64,000 bases of DNA from an uncultured Verrucomicrobiae bacterium (GTDB lineage: Bacteria; Verrucomicrobiota; Verrucomicrobiia; Chthoniobacterales; Chthoniobacteraceae), in assembly GCA_963836755.1 (NCBI GenBank), contig CAWIKF010000002.1, positions 1,248,001 to 1,312,000 of the forward strand, written 5' to 3'. Position numbers and translations under genes: made by a program. Below, piece by piece: positions 50,563-60,829 of the stretch; the stretch's first letter is position 1, and every line of letters starts with the position of its first letter. The notes beneath the pieces were generated by a model. The model did not search any database and was not told the DNA's origin. It saw only the letters and a list, made by a program, of their open reading frames with translations.

Positions 50563-51342
50563 TTATTCGATGCTGCGGATAAATCGCTTCAGATGGAATG
50601 CGGCAAGTGAAACGTCTGAATGAGGTATCGAAGAAGTTCGTCCTTTGAGTGCGGCTGCAATGTTTTTCGGGTTAAGAACCCACGCATCGCCCGACTTGGC
50701 TTTCTGCTCTACATACCATCCCGGATAAACCACGATAGGCCACACAGGAAAGTCCTTTCCGGTCGATGCCTTTAAAGTTTCCTTGATGAAGCGAGCATTG
50801 GCTTTTGCCTGGTCAATCGGATTAGGTTCCACCACTCGATCGTGAATCATAATCTCCTTGCCGTCGAAATAAACCCTCTCCTCCTGACCTCCCGACTTCG
50901 ATCTCGTTTTGGTTTCAACGACGTAAACTCCAGTAGCTCCAATCAGTACATGATCAATGTTGAAGTTTCCTCCAACGATATCATGCAAAACCTCATAGCC
51001 TTGTTTCCGCAACTCATCCAGATGCTCACCAATAATTCGCTCGCCATCTCTGCCTAACAGTAAATCTTGGCGTTCTTGCCACATTCTCCGGATTTTAGGA
51101 AAACAAAAACTGCAGACTGCTATCGCAATGAAGGTATAGGGGATTGGATGCGGGTTGTCCTTGCTATACCAACGCAACCACTCCGCCGCCATATTCCAGA
51201 GAATGAACAGGCAAAGTAGGCAAAGGCCCATAAGGTCCAACGAACGGCCGTAAAGTTCCGCTGTCAACGATTGCCCAGGGGCTCGTAAAGGCTTTTCCTT
51301 AAGCGGGGATCGAATCGCTGGCTTATTTCCGATATCCATCAC
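50563..51342 (-). CDS. NERD-domain nuclease with TM anchor
   Basis: GRDGE, NIDHVLIG, VVETK and PIDQA motifs. Confidence 0.8.
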   Translation of the reverse strand: MMDIGNKPAIRSPLKEKPLRAPGQSLTAELYGRSLDLMGLCLLCLFILWNMAAEWLRWYSKDNPHPIPYTFIAIAVCSFCFPKIRRMWQERQDLLLGRDGERIIGEHLDELRKQGYEVLHDIVGGNFNIDHVLIGATGVYVVETKTRSKSGGQEERVYFDGKEIMIHDRVVEPNPIDQAKANARFIKETLKASTGKDFPVWPIVVYPGWYVEQKAKSGDAWVLNPKNIAAALKGRTSSIPHSDVSLAAFHLKRFIRSIE

Positions 51343-51383
51343 TGTGCACGTTTAGCAACCGCGCAATCCTGTTTCCGTCCTAC

Positions 51384-51800
51384 TCACCTTCCCGCATAAG
51401 ATTCTGAATGCGACAGGTGCTTGTTCCAATTTGCTGTGTACTTCGCAATCAGGTCCGGCACGTTTTTCATGATGAGCAGGTTTTCAGCGTTACTATGCTC
51501 CGCCGCCTTGGTGAAATTAAACGAGCCAGTGATCAGCGTCTCCCCATCAATGATCATGATCTTGTTATGAGCTATGGCATGCTTGCCGTCAAGCCAGGTC
51601 GGGATTTTGGCATGAGCGACAAAATCAGCCGCAGCCGAATATTTGCCTGTTGTGTTGTCCTTTTTGTCCAGGATCACCTTCACATCGACCCCTCGCTTGT
51701 GGGCATCTACCAGAGCCTTGGCAATCTCGTCACTGGTGAAGGAATATGCTTGAACCAGCACCGTCTTCTTCGCCGCGTTTAGCTCGCGCACGATCGCATC
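51384..51800 (-). pseudogene. PLD-family (Nuc-like) nuclease, 5'-truncated
   Basis: AYSFT, HNKIMIID and TGSFNFT motifs; N-terminus replaced by the CGGAC half site. Confidence 0.75.
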
Positions 51801-51802
51801 TG

Positions 51803-51847
51803 TTTCTAAGGTAGTGAGTTTTACCCGTCCGGGCCGTCCGGGAATTA
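51803..51847. repeat. Terminal right-arm half site of the CGGAC unit
   Basis: CCCGTCCGGGCCGTCCGG (51824-51841) is the exact reverse complement of 13985-14002. Confidence 0.85.
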
Positions 51848-51885
51848 AATACGGGCCTGCCCTGTGACAGGCAGACCCGCCGGTG

Positions 51886-52074
51886 CTATCGCTGCACCGT
51901 ATTTTTCGCCAAGAACCGCTTCAGCTCGTCCACGGAGATGACGATGTGACGAAACGCGCGGCAGACCGCGATCTCCCCACTATCGATTTTTCTCCGCACA
52001 CTGCTTTCGCTGATACTCAGCATTTGCGCCGCCTGCTTTAATTTCACAGACAGCTTCCCCTCGGTATTTTGCAC
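51886..52074 (-). CDS. Excisionase-like HTH protein
   Basis: KQAAQMLSISESSVRRKIDSGEI; next to the right att site. Confidence 0.75.
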   Translation of the reverse strand: MQNTEGKLSVKLKQAAQMLSISESSVRRKIDSGEIAVCRAFRHIVISVDELKRFLAKNTVQR

Positions 52075-52337
52075 TGTTTTTACAATTGCTTGTGCAGCAG
52101 TTGTAACTATCGGTTTCTTATTCGGCCCAGCATCTCTGCTGACGCCTTTTTACCTGCGCCGTTTCCGGCTAATATTTCAGCACGTAGTATCTTGTCCTGT
52201 CACTACTGCCGGAAAATCGATTTTCATGGATTTTCAAGCGTCGGGACAATCCACCGCAACATCCAGTCACGCAAGCGCAAGAATGGCCATTGATTGGAGA
52301 GGCGAGAAAGATTGCCGCGAAAGCAAAACGTCCTCCT

Positions 52338-52358
52338 TTGTAACCCACTTTTGTAACC
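52338..52358 (+). repeat. Putative integrase arm-type sites (right)
   Basis: TTGTAACCCACTTTTGTAACC. Confidence 0.7.
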
Positions 52359-52487
52359 CGACGATGCTAAAATGACGATATTCCTGACAACGTGAGAAAT
52401 TTGTGAATCGTCCGCAAACCCTGATGCATACTAGGTTTGAGCGGATGGGATAACATGTGAGGATGTGGGGAAAAACTGAAAATTCTC

Positions 52488-52525
52488 CGTGTGAAGCAAG
52501 CGCTCTACCACTGAGCTAATCGCGC
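52488..52525 (+). repeat. Right att direct repeat (5' half of tRNA-Val)
   Basis: Identical to 9551-9588. Confidence 0.95.
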
Positions 52526-52724
52526 CAAAAGTTTTGACTTACCAACTGCGTATGATTCTGTCGCTTCATTTGCAATCACATTGGGCGATTGCTTTGGAAT
52601 ATTTGTTTGCTTGCTCATCCGTTTCCGTGACACCATTCGACGGTCGAGAAAACTCGATATCCAGAATCAAACTTTAAAGGCATTCCTATTCGACGCAACA
52701 GTTTTCGACCATTCGTCCCCGTCT

Positions 52725-53618
52725 ATGCGTAACCTCCTTCCTTTAATCGCCTCTTGTGGAGTCGTGCTGTCCACCTTCTCTGCAGTTTACGCCGCCGATA
52801 ATCCCGCGCGGTCCACATGGTGCCGTTTCGTGCCTGAGCGGATGGACGATTTCGCTTGGGAGAACGATCTGATTGCTTTTCGCGCGTATGGCCCCGGCAT
52901 CAAAGCCAGCCCGGACGGCGTGGAAAATAGTGGTATCGACTGCTGGCCGAAGCGCGTCACCTATCCGATCGTCGACAAATGGTATCGCCAGGAACATGAC
53001 GATAAGATTAGTTATCATCAGGACCACGGAGAGGGCTACGACAACTACAGCACAGGGAAGTCGCGTGGCTGCGGCGGCACAGCCATCTGGCTTTACGGCG
53101 CGATGCAACTATCCGGGCCTTACAAGACATGGAAGATTATTTCAAGAGAAGCGGCAAAGTCGGTCTTTGAGTTGACCTACAACTATGACATCGATGGGAG
53201 GAAAGTTCAGGAAGTAAAAACGATCTCAATAGAGCTAGGAAAGCGGCTTTTTGAATCGCAGTCTACCTTTACGGAAGATGGCAAGCCCGCGGACCTCGAC
53301 GTAGCCGTTGGCATCACGACGCACGATCAAAAGGGGAAGTGCACCTTTGACAAAAAAGAAGGCTGGATGTCCGTCTGGGAAATCATCGACAAGTTTGGCT
53401 TCGGAACGGGAGTTGTAATGAAGCCGAGCCGCATTAAGGAGATGCGTGAAATCAAAAGCGATGTGCATGATGAAAGCCATGCCATCTTGATCGTCCATAC
53501 CGATGTGAAGGGCAGTGAGACCCATTACGCCGGTTATGGTTGGGAGAAGGCGGGAGTCATCACGACTCAGGAAAAGTGGAATAGCTATCTCAGTGACTTT
53601 GCAGCGTCGTTGAAGTAA
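52725..53618 (+). CDS. DUF4861-like secreted protein
   Basis: RFVPERMDDFAWENDLIAFRAYGP; located in a pectin locus. Confidence 0.75.
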   Translation: MRNLLPLIASCGVVLSTFSAVYAADNPARSTWCRFVPERMDDFAWENDLIAFRAYGPGIKASPDGVENSGIDCWPKRVTYPIVDKWYRQEHDDKISYHQDHGEGYDNYSTGKSRGCGGTAIWLYGAMQLSGPYKTWKIISREAAKSVFELTYNYDIDGRKVQEVKTISIELGKRLFESQSTFTEDGKPADLDVAVGITTHDQKGKCTFDKKEGWMSVWEIIDKFGFGTGVVMKPSRIKEMREIKSDVHDESHAILIVHTDVKGSETHYAGYGWEKAGVITTQEKWNSYLSDFAASLK

Positions 53619-54454
53619 TGGACATGGAACTGCGGCACGCCGTCGGGAAACGCGAATACGAACGGATGACCACGTCCGAACTACGCGCTGCTTTCTTGCT
53701 GAAATCGCTGTTTAAAGACGGAGAAATACGAACCAGCTATTGGGAGACGGACCGCGCCGTAATTGGCGGGGTAGTTCCCAAAGCTAAGCCGTTGCATCTA
53801 GAGACTACCAAACAGCTGGCCTCTGAGTTTTTTAGCGAGCGAAGAGAGCTCGGTGTGCTGAACCTCGGCGGGTCGGGAAAGATCAAAGTTGACGGAACGT
53901 CCTACGATATGGGGGCGCTTGATTGTCTGTATGTCGCACGTGGCAGCCGCGAAGTCATCTTTAGCAGCGATGATCCTGCTAATCGTGCGCGGTATTTTTT
54001 GATGAGCTATCCAGCGCACGCAATCTTTCCGACGACGTTGGCGCGCCACGCGGATGCGAACAAGCTTGAGCTTGGAAGCGACGAGACTGCGAACAAGCGA
54101 ACCATCTTCCAATACATCCACGAAACCGGCATCAAGAGCTGTCAGCTGGTAATGGGCTTTACGCGTCTCGAGTCCGGCAGCGTCTGGAATACGATGCCGC
54201 CGCATACTCACTCGCGGCGTTCGGAAGTGTATCTCTACTTCGATGTTGCAGATGATGCCGCAGTCTCGCACTTCATGGGACCTCCCGAAGAATCGCGGCA
54301 TTTGTTCGTGCATAATGAACAGGCGGTCTTATCGCCGATCTGGTCCATTCATGCTGGTTGCGGAACACGCGCATATTCCTTTGTCTGGGCGATGGGAGGG
54401 GAGAACCAACTTTTTTCCGACATGGACGGTATTGCGGTGCCAGAGCTAAGATAG
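53618..54454 (+). CDS. kduI: 5-dehydro-4-deoxy-D-glucuronate isomerase
   Basis: RRELG, WNTMPPHTHSRRSEVY and WAMGGEN motifs. Confidence 0.95.
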   Translation: MDMELRHAVGKREYERMTTSELRAAFLLKSLFKDGEIRTSYWETDRAVIGGVVPKAKPLHLETTKQLASEFFSERRELGVLNLGGSGKIKVDGTSYDMGALDCLYVARGSREVIFSSDDPANRARYFLMSYPAHAIFPTTLARHADANKLELGSDETANKRTIFQYIHETGIKSCQLVMGFTRLESGSVWNTMPPHTHSRRSEVYLYFDVADDAAVSHFMGPPEESRHLFVHNEQAVLSPIWSIHAGCGTRAYSFVWAMGGENQLFSDMDGIAVPELR

Positions 54455-54457
54455 CCG

Positions 54458-55225
54458 ATGGTTCTTGACCGATTTCGATTGGAGGAAAAGACAGCCTTGG
54501 TCACTGGCTGCAAACGCGGCATTGGCATGGCAATGGCAGTCGCCCTTGCGGAAGCGGGCGCTGACATCATAGGTGTAAGTGCTTCGCTCGAACTACAGGG
54601 GAGCGAATTGGAAAAAAAGGTCCTGAATGCCGGGCGTAAGTTCAAGGCTTATACCTGTGACTTCTCACAGCGATCAGCGCTTCTCAGCTTCATCGAACAA
54701 GTAAAAGTCGAGAACCCGCGCATCGACATCCTGGTCAATAACGCCGGAACCATTCTTCGGCAGCCGGCCGCTGAACATTCCGACGAATATTGGGACCAAG
54801 TGATGGAAGTAAACTTGAGCGCCCAATTCATTCTTAGCCGCGAGCTAGGCCGGGAAATGGTTGCGCGCGGTTCCGGTAAGATCATCTTCACTGCTTCGCT
54901 GCTCACCTTCCAAGGCGGGATCAATGTTCCAGGCTATGCTGCAAGCAAAGGCGGCATCGGACAGCTTACGATGGCTTTGTCAAACGAGTGGGCGGGCAAA
55001 GGTGTCTGTGTCAATGCCATAGCTCCTGGCTACATTGCCACTGACAACACGCAAGCTCTGCGCGATGATCCGGAGCGCAGCCAGCAAATTCTCGCGCGCA
55101 TTCCTGCCGGACGTTGGGGGCACCCGGAAGATTTCGCCGGGCCGGTGGTTTTCCTTGCGAGCGCAGCGTCCGACTACATGAGCGGACACATCATGGTTGT
55201 GGATGGCGGATGGATGGGGCGTTGA
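54458..55225 (+). CDS. kduD: 2-deoxy-D-gluconate 3-dehydrogenase (SDR)
   Basis: TGCKRGIG, NNAG and YAASK motifs; follows kduI. Confidence 0.88.
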   Translation: MVLDRFRLEEKTALVTGCKRGIGMAMAVALAEAGADIIGVSASLELQGSELEKKVLNAGRKFKAYTCDFSQRSALLSFIEQVKVENPRIDILVNNAGTILRQPAAEHSDEYWDQVMEVNLSAQFILSRELGREMVARGSGKIIFTASLLTFQGGINVPGYAASKGGIGQLTMALSNEWAGKGVCVNAIAPGYIATDNTQALRDDPERSQQILARIPAGRWGHPEDFAGPVVFLASAASDYMSGHIMVVDGGWMGR

Positions 55226-57587
55226 GTAGTTGAGAAACTTCACTGCCGGCGAGCAGGAAACATCCCAATCCGTAGTCTTCAAAGTTCGGCTTGCTGTCAA
55301 AAGTGACCGGCTGTCCATCCTTTGGTTCTTTGCCCGTTCCCTGCATGTAGGCAAGCCTGCCATCGTGTTGCAGGCCGTCATTCATCATGCCGTTCCAAGC
55401 CTTCGCGACTATTGGAATGAAGCGATCGTGATCAAGGAGGCCGTGATTGATTCCATAGGCCATGCCGTAGGTGAAAAGCGCGGTGCCGGTCAGTTCTTTG
55501 CCGCCAAAGTGCGTGGGGTCGTTGAGGCTTACATTCCAGAAACCGTCGGCGCGCTGGAGCGGTGCAAGTGCTTCGCACATTTTCACAAGAATCTTCTCAT
55601 ATTCCGCGCGATGAGGCTTGTTTGCGGGAAGTATCTGAAGGACGCGAGCCATGGCAGCAACTACCCAGCCGTTGCCGCGACTCCAATAACAATCCTTTCC
55701 GTTTGGTTCTTTGTAGGGAGGTAGAAAACTTTTGTCACGCCACCAAAGGCCAACAGTCGGATTGTAAAGGCCATGTCCGCCTTCCTGGTCACGGGTGAAT
55801 TCATACATCGCGTGCATCCGCTCGAGATAGCGATCATCGCCAGTGATTACTCCAAGCTTTGCAAATACCGGCATCGCCATCTGCAAGGCATCTATCCATG
55901 ACCAGTCATTGACTTTATCTGTCGCAAGCATCCCGTCGATTGACTCTTTGATCTGCTGCAATTGCTCCGGCTTCTTGTCGATCGCATAAAGTGCGAGATA
56001 GGTCTGTCCGCAGCATTGGTTGTCCGCATTTCGAGTGTTGGATCCACCCGACAACATCCAGTGATGACTCTCGCCCCATCGCTCCGCGTAATCGAGATAG
56101 CGCTGCTCGGGATGCACCTTGTTCAATGCCATCAGGCCTTCGTAGTAAACCGCCCGCGTCCAAACCGTGCTTGGTCTCGACTGGTCTGGCTTGCCGGGAA
56201 TGGGAATACCTTGTCCGGGATCAGGCCATTGCTTCATGAAGTAGTCATTGGCCAGCACCAGCGCCGCCATGACGTCCGTCTTCTTCGGCATAAGTTCTGA
56301 ACTCGGGAGATCGGCAGCGTCGAGGACCTTGCCGTTAATCTTCACATTCTTCAGCGTGAGTCCTTCCACGTTTTTGATCCGAACCGCAGGCTTCTGCAGC
56401 TGCGCATCGATGTCTTGAAGTGTGATGTTGCGCAACGTGCTTTCGGGCGGCCCAGCGATGATGCCAAAGCCGATCGTCGATCCCGAGATACTCGAGAGCG
56501 TGATATTCTCCACCAACTGCTTTGGCGGTGCGTTGCCCTTCAAGTCAAAATACTGCGTCCACGGCTCGATGCTGATCAAGTTCCCGTGATCGTGGAGTGT
56601 GATATTCCTGACGTGGATGTCCTCATAATGCTGCGGTGTATCGGGCCGCAGTTTTAGACGAAGCACAACATTGCTTCCATTGTTCGTCGGTCCTTCGATC
56701 CGGCAGTTCTCCATCACCACATCGCGCACCTGACAAGCTTCGCTGCCGAGCGTGAGCACGCCATGCCCGAGGCCAAACGTGCAATCGGAAATGCGGATGC
56801 GCTCCACGGGCGGACTTTCGGTATCCTGATCCGCCAGCGGTCCCTTCGTTCCTTTCAAGGCGATGTCGTCGTCATCCACTGAGATATGGCAGCCGCGGAT
56901 CGTCACATCCTGACAGCTATCCACATCGATCCCATCGGTGCTCGGCGACCCCGGCGGCGTCTGGATGTCCACCTTTTCCACCGTCACATTTTGGCAGCGG
57001 TAAAGGTGCAGGTTCCAGAACCCGGAGTCACGCAGCGAGATGCCCTGGATGAGAACATTTCGCGAGTCGGAAATGAAAAGATTGCGCGGCCGATCCACAT
57101 CGAGGTTCTTTGTTTTCCTGTCCGCGTGCAGGCGGCTCCAGAATGCTTCCCAAAAAGGTTTGCCGCCGCCTTGCACCGTGCCGTTGCCGGTGATTCGCAC
57201 GCCATCGCAATGGTCGGCATTCAACAGCGCCGGCCGCCAGACTTGCGTGTGACCTTCGATCCGCGTCGGCCTCGACGGATAGTCCTCGATGTGTGTCGAT
57301 CCCAGCAACACTCCCTTCTTTTCCAAGTGCAGGTTGACGCCCGGCTTTAAAAAAATTGCCCCAGTCAAAAATCGTCCCGCAGGAACGACTACAGTTCCGC
57401 CGCCTTGCGCGGAAAGTTGATCGATCGCCTTTTGAATCGCGACCGTGTTCAGCGTCGTCCCATCTCCCACCGCGCCGGTCGCGAGAATGGATAGCTCGTT
57501 TGCGCCAGCGGCCGATGATTGCGCGCTCGCGAAAATGGGGCCGAGCAAAAGTGAAAACAGCAGCACGCCGGGAATCGAATGAATCAC
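55191..57587 (-). CDS. GH28 polygalacturonase fused to a GH105/GH88 hydrolase
   Basis: STDGID, DDD and GHG GH28 motifs; C-terminal WIDALQM and WSRGNGW. Confidence 0.85.
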   Translation of the reverse strand: MIHSIPGVLLFSLLLGPIFASAQSSAAGANELSILATGAVGDGTTLNTVAIQKAIDQLSAQGGGTVVVPAGRFLTGAIFLKPGVNLHLEKKGVLLGSTHIEDYPSRPTRIEGHTQVWRPALLNADHCDGVRITGNGTVQGGGKPFWEAFWSRLHADRKTKNLDVDRPRNLFISDSRNVLIQGISLRDSGFWNLHLYRCQNVTVEKVDIQTPPGSPSTDGIDVDSCQDVTIRGCHISVDDDDIALKGTKGPLADQDTESPPVERIRISDCTFGLGHGVLTLGSEACQVRDVVMENCRIEGPTNNGSNVVLRLKLRPDTPQHYEDIHVRNITLHDHGNLISIEPWTQYFDLKGNAPPKQLVENITLSSISGSTIGFGIIAGPPESTLRNITLQDIDAQLQKPAVRIKNVEGLTLKNVKINGKVLDAADLPSSELMPKKTDVMAALVLANDYFMKQWPDPGQGIPIPGKPDQSRPSTVWTRAVYYEGLMALNKVHPEQRYLDYAERWGESHHWMLSGGSNTRNADNQCCGQTYLALYAIDKKPEQLQQIKESIDGMLATDKVNDWSWIDALQMAMPVFAKLGVITGDDRYLERMHAMYEFTRDQEGGHGLYNPTVGLWWRDKSFLPPYKEPNGKDCYWSRGNGWVVAAMARVLQILPANKPHRAEYEKILVKMCEALAPLQRADGFWNVSLNDPTHFGGKELTGTALFTYGMAYGINHGLLDHDRFIPIVAKAWNGMMNDGLQHDGRLAYMQGTGKEPKDGQPVTFDSKPNFEDYGLGCFLLAGSEVSQLLNAPSIRHPQP

Positions 57588-57648
57588 AAATTTTGCAACT
57601 GAGGGCAGGGGAGTTTGAGTTGGATGACCGAAACGACGGACGGATTTT

Positions 57649-60379
57649 TTAATGACTCGCAGTCGCTGCCGTCAAGCTCACCGGCCCGAGCAAACCGCAA
57701 TCGGTGAGCGGCCAGTTCGCGGCATCGAAAGGCTTGTATTTGATGTTCACGATGTTGATGTCGTAAAAAGTTTTCCACGGCACGCCGCGACGATCCACAT
57801 CGCGGATGCGATTCGCGGCGACGCTTGTGACTTCCACTTCGAGCTTGTTGCCGGTGGGCTTCAGATTTCCCACAGCCACGCGGAATGGCGGCGTGAAGAG
57901 CGTGCCGTAATCTTTGCCATTCACGCGCACGCGCGCGCTCTGCCGCACATCGCCGAGGTCGAGAAAGTAATGCGCACCCGCCGCAGCAGGCGCGTCAAAC
58001 GTTGTTTCATATTTCGCAGTCCCGGCAAAAGCCTGCGTGCTCGGGTCCGGAAAAGTTGTCCACGATGCGAGCTTTGTCCGCTTCAAAATCCGCAGGCAGC
58101 TTCGGCCCGCCATCGATGAATTTCACCATCCACGGCCCGTTGATCGCCACCGGCTCGCCATTCGCCTGCCAATAATTCCATGCAGGCCCGTCCACCTTTT
58201 CCGCGGTCAGCGCGCGGAGGATCACCGAGCCGCCTGCGACCAATTGCAGATGAATTTTTCCATTCGCATTCATCGCGGCCACGCCGGATTTGCCGGTCAT
58301 CGGATCGAGCACGACGCTCGACTTTGCCGGGCGCGCGAGCGTGATCCAGCTGTCGAAATCCTTCCCGCCTTGATTTGCGATGAAGTAATTCCAGCCGCCG
58401 TCAAAGCTGCGCCGGACAAAGGAAAGTCCGCTTTGCGTCAAAGTCTCCAGCTTCACACCCACTTGCCTCACTTGCGTTCCGCCTCCAAACAAGACCTCGC
58501 CGCTCCCGAACCTCTTTGCACGGCCACCTGTCATCGACTCCACCGCGCCCGTCGAAACAGACTCAGCCAACTTTTTAAATTCCGCGCGCCGCTTCTCCAG
58601 ATCCTTCTCGCCCGGCACATCGGACGGCAAATCTTTTACAAAAATCACCGTCGCGCCTTTCTCCGCCAGCGCGAGCAATTGCCGAAAAGTTTCCAGCGGA
58701 ATGTATTGGCACGGCGGCACGACGACCGTCTTATATTTCCCGCCGGGCACCGCGATTTTTCCATGCTCGACCTTCGCCGTCATCAACTGCGCGTCCGACA
58801 CGTAGTCAAAGGCGTAGCCGAGCTTCCACAGTTCCGCCGCCGTGTCGCCGATCGGCTGGCTCGTGAACCAATCGCGCGCGCCGATGCTGTAATGCGGCAG
58901 CATCGTTTTCCCCGGCTTCATCCAGTAATCCGCGATCGGCCAGTAGAGCAGCACGTCGTTATCCGGCTGACCCGATTGCAGGATCGCCTGGCAGCGCGCG
59001 ATGTATTCGTCGAGCGCGGGCGCGTCGTGCCAGATGGAATTGCGCGGGTTCATCTCCGCGGAGGCGTAGAAATGCCAGCCGGGCCAGCCCGCCTCATCCG
59101 GCGAGTAGCAGCAGCCGTGGTAAAAAATGTGATTGATGCCCGAGAGAAACATGTCGTCCGCGAGATATTTCAGCTCCGCGAGCGTCTCCGTGAAATGTTC
59201 CGCGAGCCACGTGCCGGTCTCCGCGGAGGTGAGGGGATGGCCAGCCACGTGCGACGCGGAGGAGGCAAACTTTGAGACCAGCTTGTTGTGATCGTCGTGA
59301 AACATTTCCGTCTCGGGAATGTCCGCATCCGCGTAAAGGTCGAGCAGATTGCCGGGCGAGCCGTGCGCTTGGTTGCGCGTCAGAAATCCGTGCGCGTGCG
59401 CCCAATCAATCCACTCCGGCTGCGATTCCCGCGCCATCACTTCCGAAACCGTCTGCCGGTAATCGCATTTCACGCGCGCGGAAAGCTCGTCCTCGCCGCT
59501 GCCGAAAAGCGCCGGCAGTTCATCCTGCAATTTGTAGCCGCGCAGCTTTTCAAATTGCGCAAATAAATCCGGCGCCCAGTTCGAGCTGTATTCGTAGGAA
59601 TCCTGATAGACCGCGCGCGGCTTTGGCCCATCGTAATTTTTGAAAGCCGCGTCAAACCATTGCAGCCAATCGCTTACGGCTTTCGGGTAAAGCGGATTCA
59701 GCATCCAACCTTCGCCGCCGGGCGCCGGCCGTTTCACACGCTGGCCGGAAGGCCCTTGAGAAATTGCATAGACCGTCCACGCTTTCGACGCGCCCGCTGG
59801 CTCGGCTCCATTTCCCGGCGGTGAAAATGAAACGTCGCCGTCCGCGCTGATGGAATCTGTCAGCTCGGTTGCCTTTCCATCCGGCCCATAAGCCACCAGC
59901 GCCTGGATTGATGCGCGGTCGAACTTTTCCTTCCACCGTTCACCCGCGCTCAAGCTGAAAGTTTTCACGACCACTTTTGCATTCGCGTCCGCGTCGGTCA
60001 CAGTCGGCCCGCCGAAACACCAGCCGGTGCCGAGCGTCATGTCCACGCCCATGCCGAGCCGATGCGCCTCGCTCACGGCCCAGCCCATCATTTCCATCCA
60101 TTGCGGCGAAAGATAGGGGATGAACTTTGATTCGAACCCCTTCGCGCCGTAGATCGGGATGATGTGAATGCCGCCGAGCCCGCCCGCGTGATAGCGCTCC
60201 AGCTCACGCGTCAGGTTCGCCTTGTCCACTGCGCTCCCCATCCACCAGTTAAACGCCCACGGCCGCGTCTGTGCCGTGATCGGCGGCCATGAAAGCGCCT
60301 CCGCTGCGCGAGCCAAAGTGCCCGCGCCGGCAAAAGCAGCGAGCGCTGCGCCGAAGATCGCGAGTTTTCTGGAGTTCAT
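57649..60379 (-). pseudogene. GH106 alpha-L-rhamnosidase-like gene with one frameshift
   Basis: WWMG, DSYE, QAHG and FYHG motifs; C-terminus continues in the 57649-58113 frame (break near 58075). Confidence 0.8.
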
Positions 60380-60401
60380 TGGTTACGGATATTGGGGTCG
60401 A

Positions 60402-60758
60402 TCATTCTAGTCCGCGGCTGGAAATTTGAATAGGATTTCCCTCTGGGTCTCTGGCGTTGGCAAAGGCAAAGCCGTCAACCTCATGAACCTTGCCGAACTT
60501 CAGGCCGTTGGTTGCGAACCTTCGCTTGGCGCGATGGACGTCGACGACTGCGAAAACAATCTTCGCGGGCGAACGACCACGCTCGCGGGAAGTTGTTGTT
60601 GCGCGATGCAAGGCAAGGTTGCAACCACCGGCGGATAACTCCAGCCAACCCTCTTCAAAGCTATCCAGCGGGGCGAGGCCGAAATGACGTTGATAGAAGG
60701 CGGCAACACCAGGAACGTCTCTCACGAAAAGGATAATGCGACTAATGGGAATAGTCAT
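60402..60758 (-). CDS. VOC/glyoxalase family protein
   Basis: LFVRDV...FYQRHFG...RDPEGNPIQI. Confidence 0.8.
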   Translation of the reverse strand: MTIPISRIILFVRDVPGVAAFYQRHFGLAPLDSFEEGWLELSAGGCNLALHRATTTSRERGRSPAKIVFAVVDVHRAKRRFATNGLKFGKVHEVDGFAFANARDPEGNPIQISSRGLE

Positions 60759-60829
60759 CGAATGCTTTGGCTCATGGTTCGTCGCCGCACGTTGTCGACC
60801 AAGCTATAAGGCGCTCGCGCTGCCGGTCT

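Larger units (their letters stand above)
9551..52525. mobile_element. ~43 kb tRNA-Val-integrated element with integrase and primase-helicase, without phage structural or conjugation genes
   Basis: 38-bp perfect direct repeat at both ends; integrase at the left end, excisionase-like gene at the right end; arm-type repeats at both ends. Confidence 0.93.

Noticed and set aside
9551..52525. Prophage or conjugative ICE
   Set aside because: No recognisable structural, packaging, lysis, relaxase or mating-pair genes.
52488..52525. Second tRNA gene
   Set aside because: Only the 5' 38 nt are present; no T-arm or 3' acceptor strand.
58037..59275. 412-aa plus-strand ORF and similar antisense ORFs
   Set aside because: Shadow frames of GC-rich genes on the opposite strand.
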